This document shows, one piece after another, positions 57,211 to 64,000 of a DNA stretch of 64,000 nt (its first letter is position 1; each line of letters starts with the position of its first letter). The position numbers and the translations under genes are program-made. The notes under the pieces were generated by a model. The model did no database searches. It worked only from the letters and a program-made list of their open reading frames with translations, and was not told the origin of the DNA. Origin of the DNA: Myxococcota bacterium (GTDB taxonomy: Bacteria; Myxococcota_A; UBA9160; UBA6930); NCBI GenBank assembly GCA_965223415.1, contig OZ245002.1:2592001-2656000 (forward strand). Reading direction: 5' to 3'.

Positions 57211-57836
57211 GCGCCAGCACCCGCGGCACCGCCACCCGCGAGCGCATCATGCGCCGGGCCGAGCAGCTCTTCGCGCAGCGCGGCGCCTCCGGCGTGACGC
57301 TGCGCGAGATCGCCCGGGCCGCGGGCCAGCGCAACGTCGCCGCCGTGCAGTACCACTTCGGCGGCAAGCAGGAGCTGCTGGGCGCGATCCTCTCCGGCCA
57401 CCTGGAGGCCATCGACCAGCGGCGCCGGGAGCTCCTCGACGCGGACGAGCAGGCCGGTCGCCTGGAGGACGAGGACGCGCTCCTCTCGGTGCTGGTCGAT
57501 CCCCTGGCGGAGAAGCTCGACGACGCCAGCGGGCGCGCCTATCTCCAGATCCAGGCGCGCCGCCCCGCCGCCGATCCCATGCGGCCCGCAACACACACCA
57601 TGGCCGGCCGGCTGGCTCGCGCCTTCGGGACGACCGACGGCGAGCCCCTGCTCGACCGCTTCGCCGTGCTCCTGCTCTTCGGTGCCCTCGCCGACCGGGC
57701 GCGCCAGGAGGAGCGGGGCGAGGCGCGGCCGGGGGAGCGCGCCCGCTTCGTCTCGGCCCTGAAGGCCGCGATTCGGGGCATCTACGTCGAGGGCCGCTCG
57801 CAGGGCGAAGCGGGCGAGGAGCGACTCGCCGGATAG
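57207..57836 (+). CDS. TetR-family regulator
   Basis: TLREIARAAGQRNVAAVQYHFGGK; GTGA coupling. Confidence 0.9.
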   Translation: MSASTRGTATRERIMRRAEQLFAQRGASGVTLREIARAAGQRNVAAVQYHFGGKQELLGAILSGHLEAIDQRRRELLDADEQAGRLEDEDALLSVLVDPLAEKLDDASGRAYLQIQARRPAADPMRPATHTMAGRLARAFGTTDGEPLLDRFAVLLLFGALADRARQEERGEARPGERARFVSALKAAIRGIYVEGRSQGEAGEERLAG

Positions 57837-57873
57837 CGGCGGCCCCCCAGGCGGGGCTCGCTACCGTCCCCGC

Positions 57874-58338
57874 ATGACCGGACGAACTCGAGTGGGCTGG
57901 CTCCCGCCGGCCGCCCTCGCCGCCCTTCTCCTTCCGCTGCTCGGCGCCGCCGGCGATCCCTTCGGCGCGGCGCTCACCCTCGAGCGCACGACGCCGCTCG
58001 CGAAGGTGATCGCCGCTCCCGAGCGCTACGCCGAAGAGCCCGTCCTGCTGCGCGGCCGGCTCACCGAGCTCTGCCAGAAGAAGGGCTGCTGGACCGTGCT
58101 GAAGGACGGCGACGCCGTCGTGCGGGTCCGCTTCCAGGACTACGGCTTCTTCCTCCCGAAGGACGCCCTCGGCAGGACGGCCCTGGTCCAGGGCGTGGCC
58201 GACGTCCGCATCCTCTCGGAGCGCGAGGCCCGGCACCTGGCCGCCGAGTCCGCCGGCACGGACCCGGACGACGTCACCGGCCCGGTCCGCGAGGTCGGCT
58301 TCGTGGCGAGCGGCGTCCTGCTGCTCCCGGCCGAGTGA
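57874..58338 (+). CDS. DUF4920-like secreted protein
   Basis: CQKKGCW..VRFQDYGFF.P..ARH.A..A.GV pattern. Confidence 0.8.
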   Translation: MTGRTRVGWLPPAALAALLLPLLGAAGDPFGAALTLERTTPLAKVIAAPERYAEEPVLLRGRLTELCQKKGCWTVLKDGDAVVRVRFQDYGFFLPKDALGRTALVQGVADVRILSEREARHLAAESAGTDPDDVTGPVREVGFVASGVLLLPAE

Positions 58339-58348
58339 AGGAGAGCCC

Positions 58349-58801
58349 ATGGGCCTGGTCGAAGATGTCTCCGAGGGCATGAAGGCCGCGATGAAGGCGA
58401 GGCAGCCGGAACGGGTCGCCGCCCTGCGCGGCATCCGCGCCGCCTTCCTGAACGAGATGAAGAAGGACGGCGCCGAGACCCTGGCCGAAGACGTCTGCAT
58501 CGGCGTCCTGCGCCGGCTCGAGAAGCAGCGCAAGGAGAGCATCGAGGCCTTCGAGCAGGCGGCCCGCGCCGACCGCGCCGAGGCCGAGCGTGCCGAGCTC
58601 GCCGTGGTGCAGGAATTCCTGCCGAGCCTCGCCGACGGGGCGACCACCCGGGCCTGGGTCCAGGCCGCCATCGACGAGAGCGGCGCCGGCGGCCCCAAGG
58701 AGATGGGCAAGGTGATGGGCGCCTTGATGAAGGCCCACAAGGGCGAGGTGGACGGCGGCCTGGCCCAGAAGATCGCGAAGGAGCTGCTGGGAGCGGGCTG
58801 A
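58349..58801 (+). CDS. yqeY: GatB/YqeY-domain protein
   Basis: MKAAMKA, KQRKESI, MGKVMG, VDG. Confidence 0.9.
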   Translation: MGLVEDVSEGMKAAMKARQPERVAALRGIRAAFLNEMKKDGAETLAEDVCIGVLRRLEKQRKESIEAFEQAARADRAEAERAELAVVQEFLPSLADGATTRAWVQAAIDESGAGGPKEMGKVMGALMKAHKGEVDGGLAQKIAKELLGAG

Positions 58802-58892
58802 GGCGCCCCCGAGGGAAATCGAACTCTGTTTGCCACGTGACCCCCGAAGGGGCCACTTCCTGGGGAGAACCTCGTTCCAGGAGAGCCCCGCC

Positions 58893-59402
58893 ATGACGCT
58901 CCGACTCCTCCAGCTGACGCTGATCTCCGCCGTCGCACTCGGCCTCGCGATCCCGGCCCTGGCCGGTGGTCCGCTCGAACCGCCCGATGGCGTGGGCAAC
59001 CCCAGCAGCGCGAACTACACGGGCTACGCGATTCACGGCTTCGTGTTCGGCGCCAAGGACACGGTCAACCAGCGCACCGAATTCCGCTGCTTCAACTTCG
59101 GAGGCGCGGACGCGACGGACGTCGCGGTGCAGTTCTACAGCGACGCCGTGGGAGTCACCGCACCCTCCGCGGATATGCGACTTGGCAGCCTGCCGATCGC
59201 CGACTTCGACCCCGGACTCTCCGACAGTGCCTCTGGAACGGTGCCCACCTTCGCGATGGCCCGGATTATCGTCCTGGATCTGGTCCGGAAGCGGAACCCC
59301 GCTCTCACTTGCAAGGCCTATATCGTGGACAAGGCGACCAACGACTTCATTGCGGAGCTCGACGTGGTTCCCGCACCCCGGAAGAAGAAGAAGAAGAAGT
59401 AG
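58893..59402 (+). CDS. Secreted hypothetical protein with poly-Lys tail
   Basis: AGGAG SD, signal peptide, two Cys, RKKKKKK end. Confidence 0.7.
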   Translation: MTLRLLQLTLISAVALGLAIPALAGGPLEPPDGVGNPSSANYTGYAIHGFVFGAKDTVNQRTEFRCFNFGGADATDVAVQFYSDAVGVTAPSADMRLGSLPIADFDPGLSDSASGTVPTFAMARIIVLDLVRKRNPALTCKAYIVDKATNDFIAELDVVPAPRKKKKKK

Positions 59403-59414
59403 TCGCCGTCGCCC

Positions 59415-60614
59415 TCAGCGCCGCGCCGCCACCTTCGCCATGTGCTCGACCTGGCCGTCCTCGGCGCCGAGCAGCACATCGTTGTAGTGCCGCTGTCCGT
59501 CGTGGGGGCGGAAGCCCGGCGGCGCGAAGCCGATCAGCACGCTCATGCGGAACGGGCCGGTGCGACGAGTGGGCGGCGGCGCCGCGTGCATGCCGTCGCC
59601 GTAGTGGATCGAGACGTCGCCAGGCTCGGCGGCCACCGCCACGCCGCTGGGCGCGGAGGCGTCCGTGGCCTCGGCGAAGCCGAAGGCGCATTTCCAGGAG
59701 CCGGGCAGGAAGCGCAGCTCGCCCTGCTCCGGGGTCGCGGCCTCCAGGAAGATCGACATCACCATCGAGGGGCACATCACCGCGTGGCCACCCATCCCGC
59801 AATCGCGGTGCCAGGGCAGGTCCGAGAGGCCCTCGGTCATGTCCGGGTTCTTCCACAGCACGGTGACGCCGTCGTTGCGGTCCGGGGCGCGGGCGGCGAG
59901 ATCGCGGCGTGAGAGGGCGGCGATGCGCTTCACCCGGGGATCGTCGTGGAGGCGGCGGAACACGGGCAGGGTGCCCGCGTTCAGCACCCGACACAGAACG
60001 GCGTCGTCTTCGGCGTTGCGGCCCCACCAGGATTGCTGGTCGCCCTCCCGGGCACGGCCGCGCAGCAGGCCCGCGCCTTTCCGCATGGCGGCGACCTCGT
60101 CCGCAGCGAAGACGCCCTTGACCAGCAGGTAGCCCGCGGTCTCGAGGAAGGCGTGCATCTCGTCCTCGTCGTCCTCGAGCCGGAAGCTCCGCGCCGGGTC
60201 GAGCTTGCGGCCGGTCGGGTCGCGCAGGTCCGGGTGCTCCGGGTCGTAGACGGGAATGCCGCGGTAGAGCGCGCGGAGGGCGGGCTCCCAGCTGACGAAG
60301 CGCATGAGATCGCCGCGTTCACTGCTCGCCCGGCCCCCGTAGATGAGGCCGGGGACGGAATCGAGGTCGTGCACCAGCCCCTGCCAGCTCTCGTCGGCGA
60401 GGGCCACCACCGTGTCCGCTCCGTCACAGCCCGGTGTGACGTCGATCCCGGCGTCGCGGGCGTGGTAGGTGAAGGCGCGGCCATCGGGCAGACGGAACGC
60501 GAGGGCGCCCTGGGGGCGAGCCGCGGCGGCCATGGCGCCGAAGCGCGCGAGCCGATCCGGCAGCTCCTCGCGGTGGTAGCGATCGAAGTCGACGGCGGGA
60601 AAGCCTTCGGTCAT
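59415..60614 (-). CDS. Phytanoyl-CoA dioxygenase-family Fe/2OG enzyme with SCP2-like N-domain
   Basis: WHRD..H facial triad, GELRFLPGS, PGDVSIH; N-terminal SCP2-like pattern (inferred). Confidence 0.8.
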   Translation of the reverse strand: MTEGFPAVDFDRYHREELPDRLARFGAMAAAARPQGALAFRLPDGRAFTYHARDAGIDVTPGCDGADTVVALADESWQGLVHDLDSVPGLIYGGRASSERGDLMRFVSWEPALRALYRGIPVYDPEHPDLRDPTGRKLDPARSFRLEDDEDEMHAFLETAGYLLVKGVFAADEVAAMRKGAGLLRGRAREGDQQSWWGRNAEDDAVLCRVLNAGTLPVFRRLHDDPRVKRIAALSRRDLAARAPDRNDGVTVLWKNPDMTEGLSDLPWHRDCGMGGHAVMCPSMVMSIFLEAATPEQGELRFLPGSWKCAFGFAEATDASAPSGVAVAAEPGDVSIHYGDGMHAAPPPTRRTGPFRMSVLIGFAPPGFRPHDGQRHYNDVLLGAEDGQVEHMAKVAARR

Positions 60615-60654
60615 GGCGTGCGCTCCTCGTCTACGGAGGATACACCGCGGGGGG

Positions 60655-61503
60655 TCAGCAGCCGGGCCCCTCCAGCCCGGCGGCCCAGGCGATGGCCCCG
60701 GAGAGGAGCGCGCGCATCTCCGGGCGCGCGTAGGCCGCGCCCTGGTGGCCCAGGGCCGAGAAGAGCGTGCGGCCCTTCCCCTGGCAGCGCGACCAGACGA
60801 TCGGGTGGTCCGCCCCCATGCGCAGGTCCTTCTCCATCCAGAGGATGTGGGACTCCGGCGTGTAGCTGCCCTCGTCGACCGTGGCGAGCACCCGGAAGCC
60901 CTTGCCCCGGGGGCTCGCGTCGAAGCTGTACCACTCCTCGACGTGCTGGAAGGTCTCGGGCAGGTCGCGGGTGGCCGGGTGGGTGCGGTCCTCCACGACG
61001 ACCGTTCCCTCCTGGAACTGTGGGCCCATGATGTGGCCGATGAACTGGGCGCCGATCAGCTCCTCCACGTACCAGGCCCAGGCGTAGGAGGGATCGCCGC
61101 CGGCGCCGTGCAGGCCGACGAAGCCGCCGCCGGCCCGGAGCCAGGCCTGGAAGGCCTCCTTCTGCTCCGGGTTCAGGGTGTCGCCGCTGGTGTTGTGCCA
61201 GACGGTCGCGGCGAAGCGGCCCAGGACTTCGGGCGTGAAGGCGGCGCCGCTCTCGGTGTGGAAGAGCGACCAGCCCCGCTCGGCGGCGATGGCCTCGAGC
61301 AGCTCGAGGCCGGCGGGGATCGCCTCCTCGTGCCGGAAGCCGTTGGTCTTGGTGAAGACGAGGATGGCCGGAGAGCCGAGATCCGCGGGCAGCTCGGGCG
61401 GCTCGGTCTCGTAGGTGTTCGAGGGGAAGAAGGCGCGGTAGGCATTGCAGCCGGGGACGGCGAGCAGGCCCAGCGCCAGGAGGAGAGACAGAGTGCGGCG
61501 CAT
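60655..61503 (-). CDS. ThuA-domain lipoprotein
   Basis: ILVFTKTNGFRH, NTSGD, GGFVG.H, EEWY.F, ALGH. Confidence 0.88.
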   Translation of the reverse strand: MRRTLSLLLALGLLAVPGCNAYRAFFPSNTYETEPPELPADLGSPAILVFTKTNGFRHEEAIPAGLELLEAIAAERGWSLFHTESGAAFTPEVLGRFAATVWHNTSGDTLNPEQKEAFQAWLRAGGGFVGLHGAGGDPSYAWAWYVEELIGAQFIGHIMGPQFQEGTVVVEDRTHPATRDLPETFQHVEEWYSFDASPRGKGFRVLATVDEGSYTPESHILWMEKDLRMGADHPIVWSRCQGKGRTLFSALGHQGAAYARPEMRALLSGAIAWAAGLEGPGC

Positions 61504-61524
61504 GTGCCCTATTCTACGCGGCCC

Positions 61525-62826
61525 ATGAACCAGACGCGCGCCGACTTCCGGACCTCCCGCATCTTCGTGATCGCCACGCTGACGCTCTTCACGGCGGGGC
61601 TCTCGTTCGCGCTGCGGGCGGGCATCGCCGAGACGCTCCGCGATGCCCACCTAGGGGGCTCAGCCGCGCTCTCGGGCCAGCTCCTGGGCATCGCCTTCGG
61701 CGGCTTCGCCCTCACCCTGTTCCTCGGCAGCGCCTTCCTCGAGAAGATCGGAATGGGGCGGGGCCTCGTGATCTCGGCCAGCGCCTTCGCGCTGGGCACC
61801 CTCCTCACGATCGCCGCGCCGAGCTTCGCGGGCGGCGGGGTCTTCGACTGGCTGTGGGCGGGCTTCCTGCTCTCCGGCCTGGGCTGGGGCTTCATGGAGG
61901 CGACGGTGAACCCGCTCGTCACCGCGCTCTACCCGGAGGACAAGATCCACCGGCTCAACGTGGTCCACGCCTGGTGGCCGGCGGGGATCATCGTCGGCGG
62001 TCTCCTCGAGGTGGGCATGGACGCCCTCGGACTCGGCTGGCGGGCGCGCTTCGGCATGGTGATCGTGCCGGCGGTGGCCGCGGTGGTGCTGTGCGTCGGC
62101 GTCCACTTCCCGCGCACCGAGCGCGCGGCCGCGGGCGTCTCGATGGGCGACATGTTCCGCGAGATCCTCCGCCAGCCGATGTTCATCGTGTGGTGGCTCT
62201 GCATGTTCCTCACCGCCGCGTCGGAGCTCGCGCCGGGGCAGTGGATCGACCTCACGTTGACGCGCACGATCGGCATGCGCGGCATCTGGCTGCTCATCTA
62301 CGTCAGCGGGATGATGTTCGTGCTGCGCCACTTCGCCGGGCCCATCGCCCACCGCATCTCGACCACGGCCATGCTGTGGGGCTCGGCGGTACTCGCCTTC
62401 CTCGGCCTGCTGGCCCTCGCACGGGTCGACTCCCCGGTCACGGCAATCGCCGCAGCCACGATCTGGGGCCTCGGCGTCTGTTTCCTATGGCCGACCATGC
62501 TGGCGAACGTGTCCGAGCGCTTCCCGCGCGGCGGCGAGTTCCTGATCGGCCTGATGGGCGTGGCCGGTGCACTCGCGATCCAGTTCGTGCTGCCGGCCCT
62601 CGGCGCCGTCTTCGACCGCTCCGCCCGCGACGCCGCCGGCGGCGAGGCGGCCTTGGGCGCCCTCGAAGGCGAAGCCCTCACCGAGATCCTGCGCAGCGCT
62701 GCCGCCACCTCCTTCCAGACCCTGGCCATCCTGCCGGCCATCCTGATCGTGGTCTTCGGCGTGCTCTTCGCCATCGACCGCGTGCGGGGCTATCAGCCGG
62801 TGCAGCTCGAATCGGCGGGCGAGTAG
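61525..62826 (+). CDS. MFS transporter (sugar-type)
   Basis: About 12 TM helices; EATVNPLV, HAWWPAG, WPTML. Confidence 0.88.
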   Translation: MNQTRADFRTSRIFVIATLTLFTAGLSFALRAGIAETLRDAHLGGSAALSGQLLGIAFGGFALTLFLGSAFLEKIGMGRGLVISASAFALGTLLTIAAPSFAGGGVFDWLWAGFLLSGLGWGFMEATVNPLVTALYPEDKIHRLNVVHAWWPAGIIVGGLLEVGMDALGLGWRARFGMVIVPAVAAVVLCVGVHFPRTERAAAGVSMGDMFREILRQPMFIVWWLCMFLTAASELAPGQWIDLTLTRTIGMRGIWLLIYVSGMMFVLRHFAGPIAHRISTTAMLWGSAVLAFLGLLALARVDSPVTAIAAATIWGLGVCFLWPTMLANVSERFPRGGEFLIGLMGVAGALAIQFVLPALGAVFDRSARDAAGGEAALGALEGEALTEILRSAAATSFQTLAILPAILIVVFGVLFAIDRVRGYQPVQLESAGE

Positions 62827-62829
62827 GGG

Positions 62830-63681
62830 TCAGGAGCAGGCGAGGCCTTCCTCGCCGAGGGCCCAGACGAGGGAGCCTTCCATCAGGTCCTGGAGCTCCG
62901 GGACCTGGTAGGCGGCGGCCTGGTGGCCGAGGGCGTTGTAGAGGACGCGGCCCTTTCCGATGCACGTGGTCCAGACGATCGGGTGGTCGTCGCCCATGCG
63001 CAGGTCCTGGTCCATCCACAGGAAGTTGATCTCGGGGCTGTAGGTGCTCTCGTCGACGCGGGCCAGGACGCGGAAGCCCTTCGTGCGGGGGCTCTCGGCG
63101 AAGGAGTACCACTCCTCCAGGTGGGTCATCCGCTCGGGCAGCTTCGCGGTGGCGGGGTGGTCGCGGTCCTCGACGATGAGCGTGGCCTCCTGGAATTGCG
63201 GGCCCAGGGGATGCTGGCCGTAGTCGACGCCGATGATCGTCCGGCGGTACCAGGGCCATGTGTGGGAGCCATCGCCGGCGGCGTGGGTGCCGACCCAGCC
63301 GTGGCCGGCCTCCAGCCAGGCCTTGAACGTGGCCTTCTGCTCCTCGTTCAGGACGTCGCCGCTGGTGACGTGCCAGACCACGGCGTCGAAGCGGTCGAGC
63401 ACCCCCGGATTGAAGACGGCGCCGTTCTCGGTGTGGAAGACCGACCAGCCGCGGCGGGCGGCGATCTCCTCGATGAGCGCGACGCCGGCCGGGATCGCCT
63501 CCTCGTGGCGGAAGCCGTTGGTCTTGGTGAAGACCAGGATCGCCGGCGAGCCGAGATCCGCGGGCAGGCTGGGCGGCTCGGTCTCGTACTCGACCTTCGG
63601 GAAGATCGCCCGCCAAGCGCCGCACCCGCCGAGGAGCAGCCCGACCGCGATGCAGGCGCCGAGGACGCGCAGCGTCGCCAT
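62830..63681 (-). CDS. ThuA-domain lipoprotein (paralog of 60655-61503)
   Basis: Same motifs; LGGC lipobox. Confidence 0.88.
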   Translation of the reverse strand: MATLRVLGACIAVGLLLGGCGAWRAIFPKVEYETEPPSLPADLGSPAILVFTKTNGFRHEEAIPAGVALIEEIAARRGWSVFHTENGAVFNPGVLDRFDAVVWHVTSGDVLNEEQKATFKAWLEAGHGWVGTHAAGDGSHTWPWYRRTIIGVDYGQHPLGPQFQEATLIVEDRDHPATAKLPERMTHLEEWYSFAESPRTKGFRVLARVDESTYSPEINFLWMDQDLRMGDDHPIVWTTCIGKGRVLYNALGHQAAAYQVPELQDLMEGSLVWALGEEGLACS

Positions 63682-63682
63682 G

Positions 63683-64000
63683 TCAGCCTCCGAAGCGGTG
63701 GCCGGCGGTGTAGCCGCCGTCCACCGGTAGGGTCACGCCGGTGACGAAGCTGGCCTCGTCCGAGGCCAGGAAGAGCGCTGCGTTCGCGATCTCCCTGGGC
63801 GTGCCGAAACGGCCGAGCTGGTGCGCCTCGCGGATCTGCTCCTGCATCACCTGGGTGCCCTCGATCTGGAAGACCGACCGCAAGAGCGGCGTGTCAATGA
63901 AGCCCGGGCAGATCACGTTCACGCGGATGCCACTGCGCGCGTAGTCGATCGCCATGTTCTTGGTCAGCAGCACGACGGCGCCCTTCGAGGCGTTGTAGGC
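63683..64000 (-). CDS. Short-chain dehydrogenase/reductase (partial, 5' end outside the window)
   Basis: YNASKG, IRVNVICPG, FLASDEASFVTG..VDGG. Confidence 0.9.
   Translation of the reverse strand, partial: AYNASKGAVVLLTKNMAIDYARSGIRVNVICPGFIDTPLLRSVFQIEGTQVMQEQIREAHQLGRFGTPREIANAALFLASDEASFVTGVTLPVDGGYTAGHRFGG

Overview
A roughly 70% GC bacterial chromosomal segment. Gene content (PEP-CTERM and Cys-Gly-TM-Arg-rich C-termini, sigma54 promoters, PilZ, F420-type LLM, many lipid-oxidation enzymes) suggests a Myxococcota/Binatota-like Gram-negative organism; this is inference only. About 65 CDS were found and no rRNA, tRNA or CRISPR array was recognised. Main blocks: (i) a GGDEF-EAL gene, then a translationally coupled operon of FadL-like porin, Cys-rich protein and YeeE/YedE pair; (ii) archaeal-type topoisomerase VI (top6B-top6A) with Lys/Ala-rich N-terminal tails; (iii) a secreted Zn-metalloprotease with a dockerin-like module coupled to a cohesin-like PEP-CTERM protein; (iv) rfbA-rfbC; (v) an unannotated LysW-like Zn-ribbon protein divergent from a FadR-type regulator and diiron enzyme, followed by a perfect 72-bp palindrome; (vi) an arginine succinyltransferase operon in which an ArgZ/amidinotransferase-type hydrolase sits where astB is expected; (vii) an orphan contractile-tail tube gene with a sheath remnant; (viii) many lipid/xenobiotic catabolic genes, three of them as enzyme-plus-TetR cassettes with visible operators. 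Several pseudogene fragments and probable leaderless transcripts are also present. All functional calls come from motif recognition; no database searches were run.
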